From Tepidiformaceae bacterium (GTDB lineage: Bacteria > Chloroflexota > Dehalococcoidia > Tepidiformales > Tepidiformaceae): a stretch of DNA of 40,000 nt. Both the position numbers and the translations under genes were made by a program. The stretch covers positions 2,403,650 through 2,443,649 of the forward strand of contig OZ246422.1 of NCBI GenBank assembly GCA_965231185.1, in the 5' to 3' direction. This document shows, one piece after another, positions 18,547 through 26,304 of the stretch (positions are counted from its first letter, which is position 1; every line of letters begins with the position of its first letter). The notes under the pieces were generated by a model that was given only the letters and a program-made list of their open reading frames with translations, did not search any database and was not told where the DNA came from.

Positions 18547-19728
18547 GGACAGTCTGAACAACTCGCCAGAGCGAGTGAGCAGATGGGATCATGGCGCGTG
18601 AACCAGAGAGGGAGGGCGCGCCCATGCATCAGCCGACGTTCGCCAGCGTGCAGTTCGAGCAGAAGAAGCGGAAGACGCGCCGCGAGTTGTTCCTCGAACG
18701 CATCGACAGCCTCGTGCCCTGGGAGGAACTGGAGGCGCGCAGCGAGCCTCACTACCCGAGGGCGGGACGGGGACGGCGGCCCTACCCGCTGGCGGTGATG
18801 CTGCGCAGCCACTGCGTCCAGCTCTGCTACAACCTCAGCGACCCCGCCATGGAGGACCTCCTCTACGAGGCCAAGTCGGTGCGTCGCTTCTGCGGTCTCA
18901 CCTTGACCGAGGCCATTCCCGACGAGAGCACCATCCTCCACTTCCGCCACCTGCTGGAGCGCCACGACCTGGGGACGAAGCTGTTCGAGACAATCAACGC
19001 CCACCTCGCGAAGCGGGGCCTGCGCCTGCGCGAGGGCACGATCGTGGACGCCAGCATCATCGAGGCGCCCTCGTCGACGAAGAACCGCCAGCGCGCGCGC
19101 GACCCGGAGATGCACCAGACGAAGAAGGGGAACGAGTGGCACTTCGGCATGAAGCTGCACATCGGCGTGGACGCCGACAGCGGGCTGGTGCACAGCATGA
19201 GCACGACGGCGGCGAACGTGGCCGAGGTGACGGAGGCGCACCGCCTGCTGCACGGCGAGGAGCGGGAGGCGTACGGCGACGCGGGCTACCAGGGCGTGGA
19301 GAAGCGTCCCGAGCAGGCGCGGTCGGAGGTCGCGTGGCGCGTGACCATGCGGCCCGGCCTGAGGCGGCTGCTTGAGCCGAGGAGCGAGGCGGCGCGGGCG
19401 GAGCGAGCGAAGGCGTCGGTGCGGGCGAAGGTGGAGCACCCCTTCCTCGCGGTGAAGCAGCGCTTCGGCTACGACAAGGTGCGCTACCGCGGTCTGGCGA
19501 AGAACCGCGAGCGGCTGGCGCTGCTGCTGGGCTTGACGAACCTGCTGCGAGCCGAGCCCCAACTCGCCTGACCCGGGGAGCAGTGCGTCCCCCGCGCCCG
19601 TCGAAGCACGACGGGAAGGCGAAAGCGGCCCCCGACCTCCCCCGGCCCCCTCCCCTGCCGTCCTCCTTGTCCAATACAAACTGCCGGGGAGCAAATCGCC
19701 GCCGCCAGCCCACTTGCTCAGAGGATTC
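18547..19728 (+). mobile_element. IS5-family insertion sequence (about 1.18 kb) with CTAG target-site duplication
   Basis: Left end GGACAGTCTGAACAACTCG versus reverse-complemented right end GAATCCTCTGAGCAAGTGG are imperfect IRs, and both resemble the E. coli IS5 IR GGAAGGTGCGAA(C/T)AAG. CTAG occurs at 18543-18546 and again at 19729-19732. Confidence 0.85.
18624..19571 (+). CDS. IS5-family DDE transposase
   Basis: MHQPTFASVQFEQKKRKTRRELFL...GRRPYPL..MLR...YNLSD.AMED...DPEMHQTKKGNEWHFGMKLHIGVD...GDAGYQG...VEHPF. Long colinear similarity to E. coli IS5 transposase, from memory. SD GAGAGGGAGGG lies ahead of ATG 18624. Confidence 0.9.
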   Translation: MHQPTFASVQFEQKKRKTRRELFLERIDSLVPWEELEARSEPHYPRAGRGRRPYPLAVMLRSHCVQLCYNLSDPAMEDLLYEAKSVRRFCGLTLTEAIPDESTILHFRHLLERHDLGTKLFETINAHLAKRGLRLREGTIVDASIIEAPSSTKNRQRARDPEMHQTKKGNEWHFGMKLHIGVDADSGLVHSMSTTAANVAEVTEAHRLLHGEEREAYGDAGYQGVEKRPEQARSEVAWRVTMRPGLRRLLEPRSEAARAERAKASVRAKVEHPFLAVKQRFGYDKVRYRGLAKNRERLALLLGLTNLLRAEPQLA

Positions 19729-19921
19729 CTAGAGCGTTACTGGGCGAAGGTAGTAGCGTAATGGGCCTCGCAAGGCCGACGACACTGCCGATGAGGTCGA
19801 ACGACGCCTATGGCGCGGATCTGCGGTTCACTCCCACAGGCGCTGGTCGGCGGCTGAGCCTCGCAGCTCTGCCGCATCGGCGACCAATCGCTGGGGCAAT
19901 AGGAAAGCCCCAACATAGAAG

Positions 19922-19961
19922 CCCACAGAGGGAGGCCATCGCGGTGGCCTCCCTCTGTGGG
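19922..19961 (-). terminator. Perfect 17-bp-stem hairpin downstream of the SNF2 helicase
   Basis: CCCACAGAGGGAGGCCA (19922-19938), loop TCGCGG, TGGCCTCCCTCTGTGGG (19945-19961). It lies 9 nt after the helicase stop (TAG at 19970-19972). No clear U-tract. Confidence 0.6.
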
Positions 19962-19969
19962 CCGGCGGC

Positions 19970-22246
19970 CTAACGCTCCGCGCCGGCCGGCTCCGCCTCC
20001 CGCTCCCGCTCCACTGCCCACTCGAAGAGGGAGATGGACGCGGGCGCGGGCCTGCGGCCGCGGCGCTTCGGCTCGGCCGGCTCCTCGGCCATGAACTCCG
20101 CCCACGAGAACAGCGACCGCTGCCGCTCCGGGGTTTCGTCCTCGGCCTCTCCGCCCACCGGAAGGGCGCTACGGCCGTCACCGCTGGCGTGAACCTCGAC
20201 GACCAGCGGCTCGGGCGCAGCCCACTCGGCGTCGACCAGCAGCGCCTCGGCGTCCGCCGCGACCTGCTGGGCCTGGGCGAAGACCGACTCGATCGAGCCG
20301 GCGTCCTCCTCGCCCGCGACGATCTTCCTCGCCAGGGCGAGCATGAAGTCGTCGCCGTCGTCGCCGTAGGCGGCGAGGCCGTCCTCCGGTAGCTCCCCTT
20401 CAACCGCCAGCGACGATTGAAGCTTCTTCGCCACCAGCTGGAGGGCGTCCGCCTGCAGGGTGTTCCGGTAGGCCATGAAGACGATTTGGACGGGCTCGGT
20501 CTGGCCGATGCGCCAGGAGCGCCTTGACGCCTGCCGCATGGTGTAGACGGAGTAGTCCGTCTCGTACCAGCAGATGGTGGGGAAGTCGACGAGGTCGAGG
20601 CCCGTCTGCACCAGGCGCGGGTGGCAGACGAGCACGTCGACGCCCTCCTCGACCCGCTGCGCCACCCACGCCTCGCGACGCTCGGGAGCGACGGCGTCCG
20701 CCTTCATCACCGCGACCTTGAAGCCGTGGCGAGTGAGGAAGTCGTCCATGCGCTCCGTGATGTCGCGGGTTCCCGTATGGGTGGCGTAGACGAGCACCCG
20801 GCGCCCCTGAAGCCGCTCCGCGGCGACGAGGTCGACGAGCGCCTGCTCCTTGGGGTAGAGCTTCTCCTCGGAGAGGGGAGGCACCTGGATGAGCACCTCC
20901 TCCGACTCCGGGTCGAAGACCGTCTCGCCGCGCGTGCAGCCGTCCGGGTAGGCCAGGAGCGTCTGCAGGTAGGTGGCCAGCAGCCGCTTCGAGCCCTTCG
21001 CCAGGGCCTCGGTGAGGGCGGCGCGCAGCGTCTCGAAGACCGAGTCGTAAGCGCTTCGCTGTGAGAGCCCCGTCGAATCCTCCTCGTCGTCCATCGACGA
21101 CAGCAGCACCCGCTCCTCGTAGGGCGGCAGCCCGGAGGCCACGTCCGAGAGGCGCAGGAAGATGCTGGCGCCGATGAGGTGGAAGAGCGCCGCGGGGGCG
21201 AGCCCCGGCCGCTCCCGGATGACCTTGCGGTACTTCCGGCGGCGGCTCGTGCGCCCGTCCTCGAGCGACTCGCCGTCGTCGCGACCGACGGTGTGCTCGA
21301 CGAAGCCGTAGCGCTCGATCCAGCGGCTCTCCTCCCCGCGCCCGAACTCAGACCGGATCTCCGGGGAGAACCGGTAGAGGAGATGGAAGAGCGTGGAGGA
21401 GTAGCCGCCCATGAGCGTGCCCGAGAGGCTAAGCGACTTGCCGCAGGCGTCGGCGAGGATGCCGGCGGCGATGCCCTGGGCGGAGCCGCGGCCCTTGTAC
21501 TCGTGCACCTCGTCACTCACCAGCAGGTCGAAGAAGCCCCGCAGGTGGTGCTTCACGTAGTCCGCGAGCGGGTAGCGCTTCGGCCCCGAGGGGTCCGCCT
21601 TCCAGAGGGCCGAGCCGCACTCGTCGCAGCTCCGCTTCCTGCGGCCGAGGTCCTTCAGGGTCAGGGGCAGCCCGTCCTTGTCGACGATCGGCGTGAAGCA
21701 GTCCGGGCAGCAGGGCACGCGGAACGGCTCCAGGGTTTCCTCGTCCCGCACGAGCCGGCCGTCCACGGTCGCCCAGCGCTCGACGACGGCGGGCAGCCAG
21801 CGGTACGAGAGTTTTGCACGCTCCCGCGACATGACGGCAAAGAGCGGCCCCGGCCCGTGGGAGAGGCGCAGGCGCTCCAGGTCGGTGATGGAGGCGACGA
21901 TGACGGCGCGCGCGTCGGGGACGGTGTCCTCGACCTCCCGCTTCCACTTGCGGGTGAGGTGCGGCGGGCAGAGGACGAGCACCCGGCGGAAGCCGGCCAT
22001 GTGGGCGGCGGAGGCCGCGATGAAGGTCTTGCCCGTACCCATCTCGCCCACGACGGTCGTGCCGCGGTGGGTGTCGAGGGAGAGGGCGGCGGCGCGGATG
22101 GCGTCCGCCTGCGCCCCCAGCGGGGAGCGCAGCAACTGCGGGAGGGGCCGCCCGTTCTCCGAGGGCCGGTAGCGGGGCGGATAGGACTCCACCACGCGTT
22201 GGGCGATGGCGTCGCGATAGGTGTCGATGAACTCGGCGAGGTCCAT
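19970..22246 (-). CDS. SNF2/DEAD-like helicase of mobile-element type with an internal Zn-ribbon insert
   Basis: GEMGTGKTFIAASAA (motif I), LVSDEVHEYKG (DEVH), LVQTGLDLVDF and QASRRSWRIGQ (V/VI). Insert CPDCFTPIV...CDECGSALW. SD GAAGGAGA lies ahead of ATG 22246. Confidence 0.85.
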   Translation of the reverse strand: MDLAEFIDTYRDAIAQRVVESYPPRYRPSENGRPLPQLLRSPLGAQADAIRAAALSLDTHRGTTVVGEMGTGKTFIAASAAHMAGFRRVLVLCPPHLTRKWKREVEDTVPDARAVIVASITDLERLRLSHGPGPLFAVMSRERAKLSYRWLPAVVERWATVDGRLVRDEETLEPFRVPCCPDCFTPIVDKDGLPLTLKDLGRRKRSCDECGSALWKADPSGPKRYPLADYVKHHLRGFFDLLVSDEVHEYKGRGSAQGIAAGILADACGKSLSLSGTLMGGYSSTLFHLLYRFSPEIRSEFGRGEESRWIERYGFVEHTVGRDDGESLEDGRTSRRRKYRKVIRERPGLAPAALFHLIGASIFLRLSDVASGLPPYEERVLLSSMDDEEDSTGLSQRSAYDSVFETLRAALTEALAKGSKRLLATYLQTLLAYPDGCTRGETVFDPESEEVLIQVPPLSEEKLYPKEQALVDLVAAERLQGRRVLVYATHTGTRDITERMDDFLTRHGFKVAVMKADAVAPERREAWVAQRVEEGVDVLVCHPRLVQTGLDLVDFPTICWYETDYSVYTMRQASRRSWRIGQTEPVQIVFMAYRNTLQADALQLVAKKLQSSLAVEGELPEDGLAAYGDDGDDFMLALARKIVAGEEDAGSIESVFAQAQQVAADAEALLVDAEWAAPEPLVVEVHASGDGRSALPVGGEAEDETPERQRSLFSWAEFMAEEPAEPKRRGRRPAPASISLFEWAVEREREAEPAGAER

Positions 22247-22372
22247 GGTGTGTCTCCTTCTCTCTTGGCAGGGACGACACCAGGGCCTGGGCGCACTGCG
22301 CCCACCCCGTGCGGGAGGGGACGCTCAGTGCAAGAGCCATGGAAACGTCCCCATTGAGGTGGCTGGTGCGAA

Positions 22373-22393
22373 GCCCCCGGTTGCTCCGGGGGG
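22373..22393 (-). repeat. Intergenic GC hairpin (member of a recurring spacer-hairpin set)
   Basis: GCCCCCGG, loop TTGCT, CCGGGGGC, in the 208-bp spacer between the methyltransferase and the helicase. Confidence 0.5.
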
Positions 22394-22454
22394 CCTCGTT
22401 TGCGGATCGGCGTTGACCCGTCGGGAGCCGCCAGATGGAGGCGGCTGGAAGAAA

Positions 22455-23492
22455 TCAGGCGGCGATGTCGGTGACCTGTCCGCTGTCCAGGTCGAGGGCG
22501 ACGACGGTCGTGCGCAGGCGCTCGCGGAAGGTCTCCTTCGTGGGCGTGCGCTCGGCCAGGACCATCTCCTTCGAGGTACGGCCCTTGACGAGGATGCGGC
22601 TGTCCCCGGCCTCCAGCTGGAGGTTGTCGAGGAAGCCCGCCGCCACGAGCATGGCCAGGTGGCCGCGCCGCAGAGGCATGAGTGGACGGGTGCGCTGGTC
22701 CTGGGCGGGCCAGAGCAGGTCCATGACGGCGGTGTTGGCCCAGAGGCCCGAAGTCCTCGCCTCGGCTGCCGCCGCCACGGGGTCGATGGTGCGCCTGGCG
22801 AAGAGCACGTCCCCCGCGGGCGTGGCGGTGGCCACGTAGAGCGGGTAGCGGCGCGGCCCGAGCTCGGGAGCCTCGTCCGCCGCCCACTGGTGGATGCGCT
22901 CCTCGGCGTAGGCGTCGAGGAAGACCTCCGCCTTGCGGTAACCGAGCAGCACGACCTGGTCGTAGGCCTCGCGCTCCGGCTGCGGGAAGGCCCAGCAGTC
23001 GATGCGCGAGAAGTGCGAGGCGAGGTACCTCGCCGACACCGCCAGCCGCTGCCGCGGGACGACGAGGACGAGCAGGCCGTCCTCCGCCAGGTAGCGGGTG
23101 CAGTGGGTGAGGAAGGCGTGCTCGACGCGCTTCTCCTCGCCCGAGTCCCAGTCGTAGGGAGGGTTCAGGTAGAGGAGCCCGAAGGCGCCGTTGGCGATTG
23201 ATGTGGCGAAGAGGTCGGTCCCGAGGACGCGGTCGAGGCGGTGCTTCGCCTCCTCCGCGCGCTCGGTGTGAAGCTCCACGCCGAAGGTTTCGACGGGAGC
23301 GGCGTGTGGCTTTCCCAGGCCCTCGGCCAGCCGGGAGAGGGCGTCACCCTCACCGCAGCAGGGGTCGAGGATCCTGAGCGTTTCGTCGTTGCGGGCGTAG
23401 GCGGCGGGCGGTTGGATCAGCTCCGCGATCAGGTCCGTCACCCTGGGCGGGGTCGGGTAAAACCCTCCCTTTGCCTGTGCAGCCAGTCTCAT
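22455..23492 (-). CDS. Orphan SAM-dependent DNA methyltransferase (NPPY, N6-adenine/N4-cytosine type)
   Basis: Start MRLAAQAKGGFYPTPP, with SD AAGGGGA ahead of ATG 23492. ILDPCCGEGDAL (motif I) precedes LLYLNPPYDW (motif IV). No adjacent restriction endonuclease. The 128-codon N-terminal extension in the track ORF is rejected (Arg/Pro/Gly-rich). Confidence 0.85.
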   Translation of the reverse strand: MRLAAQAKGGFYPTPPRVTDLIAELIQPPAAYARNDETLRILDPCCGEGDALSRLAEGLGKPHAAPVETFGVELHTERAEEAKHRLDRVLGTDLFATSIANGAFGLLYLNPPYDWDSGEEKRVEHAFLTHCTRYLAEDGLLVLVVPRQRLAVSARYLASHFSRIDCWAFPQPEREAYDQVVLLGYRKAEVFLDAYAEERIHQWAADEAPELGPRRYPLYVATATPAGDVLFARRTIDPVAAAAEARTSGLWANTAVMDLLWPAQDQRTRPLMPLRRGHLAMLVAAGFLDNLQLEAGDSRILVKGRTSKEMVLAERTPTKETFRERLRTTVVALDLDSGQVTDIAA

Positions 23493-24127
23493 TTCGGTTC
23501 CCCTTTCGCATGGGTGGTCGGTGTGGATGGTTCCTCGCGCGGCAGCGTCAGCAATCCCGACGCAACCGCCACGGAGAGGTCGTCTCTGAGGGCCTCTGCG
23601 TCCGGGTCGCAGCGGTAGGCGACGACGCCCGCCGATTGCAGCGGCGTGATCTCTTCCCGCGCCAGTCCTCGCCGCCAGAGCCAGTCCGCCCAGGAGCGGT
23701 GCAACGGCAGGGGGCTGCGCTTGTCGAGGAAACGGTGGTGCAGGGCGGGAGCCTCCTCCTCGCTCTTCGCCAGGAGGAGGAAGCCGTCCCGCTCGAAGGC
23801 GTACTCCGCCAGCTTCGTGTAGACGAGCGCGTGCCAGCCGCCGGAGACGGGCAGGCGCGCGATCTTCGTCGTCCACGTCCCGACCGTCTCGGGGGGGACG
23901 TGACAGCGCTGGTAGCTCCCGGAGAGGGCCATGCCGTCCGCTCCGCGGATGAGGTGGGCGACGTCCGGCGGCTGCTTGAGGAGGGACGCCCAGATCGCCT
24001 TGAGGGCGGTCTGGGAGCCCACCATGGAGAGGAACCAGAGACCGCCGCTGTCGGGGTCCCTGGCGAAGGCGTCGGCCGTGGCGGAGAAGCCGCCGGCGCT
24101 GACGGTGTAGAGGTCGTCGGTTGTCAC
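23489..24127 (-). CDS. Hypothetical protein (212 aa) translationally coupled to the methyltransferase
   Basis: GTG 24127 overlaps the upstream stop (GTGA), and its own stop overlaps the methyltransferase ATG (ATGA). Sequence VTTDDLYTVSAGGFSATADAFARDPDSGGLWFLSMVG... shows no recognised motif. Confidence 0.6.
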   Translation of the reverse strand: MTTDDLYTVSAGGFSATADAFARDPDSGGLWFLSMVGSQTALKAIWASLLKQPPDVAHLIRGADGMALSGSYQRCHVPPETVGTWTTKIARLPVSGGWHALVYTKLAEYAFERDGFLLLAKSEEEAPALHHRFLDKRSPLPLHRSWADWLWRRGLAREEITPLQSAGVVAYRCDPDAEALRDDLSVAVASGLLTLPREEPSTPTTHAKGEPK

Positions 24128-24480
24128 GCTGCGGCCTCCAGGTAGTGGGCGCCGAAGGCGGCGCCCAGGTCGCACCAGTCCCCTTCCCGCAGGGACCAGT
24201 CGCCGCAGCCGCAGCGCCCGTCGTAGAACAGCGGCCCCGGCCCGAGCGTCACGGTCAGGTCGTGGGGAAGCGTCCACGCGGGCCGCTTCTCGAACTCCGC
24301 CAGCTCCGTGGCCAGGTGCTGGTCGCAGTAGTGACCCCAGCTGTCGTCAGAGGGGTCGTCGACGATCTCGGTGGTCGCGGGCTGCGGCTGCGGGCAGTCG
24401 TCACAGAGCATCCCCTCGACCGCGGGCTCGGTGATGAACGTGTGCCGCCGGTCGTCCAGGACGGCGCGGATGGTGGTCAT
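24124..24480 (-). CDS. Small protein (118 aa) with a C-terminal Cys/Trp motif domain (paralogue of 25087-25611)
   Basis: SD AAGGAGAA lies ahead of ATG 24480. C-terminus GPGPLFYDGRCGCGDWSLREGDWCDLGAAFGAHYLEAAA. Confidence 0.6.
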   Translation of the reverse strand: MTTIRAVLDDRRHTFITEPAVEGMLCDDCPQPQPATTEIVDDPSDDSWGHYCDQHLATELAEFEKRPAWTLPHDLTVTLGPGPLFYDGRCGCGDWSLREGDWCDLGAAFGAHYLEAAA

Positions 24481-24516
24481 GACTCGTTCTCCTTTGTGTG
24501 AGTGGGCGGAAACGAC

Positions 24517-24561
24517 GGCGGGGCCGGTTCCCGGTAGGGATGGCCCCGTATGGCGACGCCC
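24517..24561 (-). repeat. Recurring intergenic hairpin plus conserved tail
   Basis: GGCGGGGCC...GGCCCCGTATGGCGACGCCC (plus-strand reading). Confidence 0.5.
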
Positions 24562-24592
24562 GGTAGGGGCGGCGCTCGGTGCGTGCGTGCGG

Positions 24593-25090
24593 TCAGTCGA
24601 GGAGGCCGCGGTCCTTGAGGCTGACGGCCTCCCCGTTCCCGATGACGACGTGGTCGAGGAGTTCGATGCCGAGCAGCTTCGCCGCCTGCCTGAGCTCCTT
24701 CGTGACGCTGATGTCCTGGGGGCTGGGAGAGGGGTCACCGCTCGGGTGGTTGTGGGCGACGATGAGGTTGGGGACGCCCTCCACCACCGCGGGCCGAAGC
24801 ACCTCGGCCGGCCTGACGACCGTGGAGAATGCGTTCCCCTGGTAGATGACGCGCTGGCCCACGACGCGGTTGCGGCGGTCGAGCAGGAGCACGCGCACCT
24901 GCTCCTGGCAGAGGGCGCCCATCTCCGCTCCGAGGAGGCGGTAAACATCCTCCGGGGAGGTGATGGCGGGGCTGTCAGCCGCGCGTCCGGGGTCGGTTTC
25001 GACCTCGTAGCGCACGGCCAGCTCGTTGAGGACGTGCAGGTTGCGGCGTAGCGCCTCCAACAGGGCGGCGCTGTGCTCGGTGGCGGTCAT
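24593..25090 (-). CDS. radC: RadC-like JAB/MPN-domain protein
   Basis: LIVAHNHPSGDPSPSPQDISVTKEL...LLDHVVIG. ATG 25090 overlaps the upstream stop (ATGA). Confidence 0.85.
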   Translation of the reverse strand: MTATEHSAALLEALRRNLHVLNELAVRYEVETDPGRAADSPAITSPEDVYRLLGAEMGALCQEQVRVLLLDRRNRVVGQRVIYQGNAFSTVVRPAEVLRPAVVEGVPNLIVAHNHPSGDPSPSPQDISVTKELRQAAKLLGIELLDHVVIGNGEAVSLKDRGLLD

Positions 25091-25611
25091 GCCGCCACCT
25101 CCACCGGCAGCGCCTGCCCGAGTGGGCAGATGCAGTCCTCGTGGTCGGGCGAGTCCGGCTCGTCGCAGTCGAGGCAGTTGCCGCAGTTGCGGCACGCGAC
25201 TCGCTGGTGGGCGGCGTCGCGGGCGACGCGCCGGGCGACGGTGTCCTCCCAGCAGCAGTTGCGCTCGCAGTTGTCGCCGCACTCCTCGTCGGCCGCTTCG
25301 CAGGTGCGGCAGTAGGTCCGCCCCTTGACGACGGGGTGGCCGCAGCCGGCGCAGTCCCCGCCGTAGTTGTCGATGGCCTCCAGCTCGGCCCTCACCGTCT
25401 TGCGGATGAGGGGATGGCCGTCAGGGCCGTCGGACTCGGCGATGTAGTGCCAGGCCCACTTCGTCCCGAGATCGGTCCAGTCCGCCGTCCGGTAGGACCA
25501 GCGGTCGCAGGTGCAGTGGCCGTTGTAGTGGTCGGGACCCTCGAGCAGGGTCATGACGAGTGTGTGCCTGCTCACGGTCGGCAGTTCGTCGCGCTTGGTC
25601 GCGTGTGACAC
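25087..25611 (-). CDS. Cys-rich protein (174 aa): N-terminal Cys/Trp motif domain plus C-terminal multi-CxxC region
   Basis: SD AAGGAGAA lies ahead of GTG 25611. N-terminal GPDHYNGHCTCDRWSYRTADWTDLGTKWAWHYIAES. C-terminal CAGCG..CRTCE..CGDNCERNCC..CRNCGNCLDCD..CIC. Confidence 0.6.
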   Translation of the reverse strand: MSHATKRDELPTVSRHTLVMTLLEGPDHYNGHCTCDRWSYRTADWTDLGTKWAWHYIAESDGPDGHPLIRKTVRAELEAIDNYGGDCAGCGHPVVKGRTYCRTCEAADEECGDNCERNCCWEDTVARRVARDAAHQRVACRNCGNCLDCDEPDSPDHEDCICPLGQALPVEVAA

Positions 25612-25686
25612 TTGGGGTTCTCCTTCTGGTGTGTGTGTGTGGTGGTCGCGGGTGGGGTGCGGTGGACCGCACCGGGCCGGAACGAT

Positions 25687-25730
25687 GGCGGGGCCGCCTC
25701 CCCGAAAGGAAGCGGCCCCGTGATGCGCCC
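25687..25730 (-). repeat. Recurring intergenic hairpin plus conserved tail
   Basis: GGGGCCGCCTCC, loop CCGAAA, GGAAGCGGCCCC, followed by GTGATGCGCCC. Confidence 0.55.
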
Positions 25731-25754
25731 ACGTGTGGCGCTGGTTGACTCGGG

Positions 25755-26162
25755 CTAGAAGGGTGTGGGAGCGGACGCGGCCGCCCCGGCGACGGTCTCC
25801 CCGTCCTGCTCCTGCTCTGCGGAGCGGCCGTTGCCGCTGCCGTTGGAGTCGAGGAAGACGACCTCCTGGGCGTGGACCTCCGTGCGGTAGACGCGCTGGC
25901 CGTCCTCACGTTCGAAAGTGTTCTGGGCGAGCGAGCCCGCGACGAAGAGGCGGTTGCCCTTCTTCACGTACTCGGCGACGGCCTCGGCCTGCTTGCCCCA
26001 GCAGACGACGGAATGCCAGTCGGCCTCCGTCTCGCCGTTCTGGCGGCGGCGGTCGGTGGCCAGCCGCAGGGTCGTGACGGCGGTGCCATTCTGGGAATGG
26101 CGCATCTCGGGGTCGGCCCCGACGCGGCCCAGCAGTTCGACTCGGTTGATCGTTCGTGACAT
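25755..26162 (-). CDS. ssb: Single-stranded DNA-binding protein, copy 1
   Basis: MSRTINRVELLGRVGADPEMR... OB fold. WHSVVCWGKQAE. C-terminal tip APTPF. SD AAGAGGAGA. Confidence 0.9.
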   Translation of the reverse strand: MSRTINRVELLGRVGADPEMRHSQNGTAVTTLRLATDRRRQNGETEADWHSVVCWGKQAEAVAEYVKKGNRLFVAGSLAQNTFEREDGQRVYRTEVHAQEVVFLDSNGSGNGRSAEQEQDGETVAGAAASAPTPF

Positions 26163-26242
26163 CTTCAAAATCTCCTCTTGGTGGTGGTGGTTGGCGTCGT
26201 GGATGGGGGTAGCGGGGAGACCGCACCCGGGTCGGAAACGAA

Positions 26243-26282
26243 GGCGGGGCCGGCCCCGGAGGGGACGGTCCCGTGTGGGCGC
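26243..26282 (-). repeat. Recurring intergenic hairpin plus conserved tail
   Basis: GGCGGGGCCGGCCCCGGAGGGGACGGTCCCGTGTGGGCGC. Confidence 0.5.
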
Positions 26283-26304
26283 TTCCGGCTGGAAGCGTCT
26301 GGGC

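Larger units (their letters stand above)
25752..26282 (-). repeat. Copy A of an approximately 530-bp direct duplication (ssb plus 5-prime leader)
   Basis: Aligns by eye with 27467-27996, from GGGCTAGAAGGG through GGATGGGGGTAGCGGGGAGACCGC to ...CCCGT.T.GGCGC. Confidence 0.85.

Noticed and set aside
18543-19694. 383-aa minus-strand ORF
   Set aside because: It is antisense to the IS5 transposase gene and Arg/Pro/Ala/Leu-rich. This is a typical high-GC shadow ORF, whereas the plus-strand product has clear IS5 transposase similarity.
20707-22887. Long alternative-frame ORFs (21179-22357 +, 21513-22340 -, 21661-22887 -, 20707-21516 -)
   Set aside because: All overlap the SNF2 helicase or methyltransferase genes in other frames. 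They are dominated by Arg/Pro/Gly/Ala and carry no motifs, so they are GC-rich frame artefacts.
19970-23492. DISARM (drmD SNF2 helicase plus drmMI methylase) interpretation
   Set aside because: No DrmA, DrmB (DUF1998) or DrmC (PLD) candidates are adjacent, and the methylase is small (345 aa). The surrounding genes are replication and recombination functions of a mobile element.
22455-23876. N-terminal extensions of several track ORFs (22455-23876, 23489-24277, 24124-24948, 24593-25282, 27470-28003, 28025-28939, 30024-30998, 31676-32809)
   Set aside because: In each case an internal start codon has a canonical SD and/or a 4-nt overlap with the upstream stop. The extension is Arg/Pro/Gly-rich and runs through the upstream gene or the spacer hairpins.
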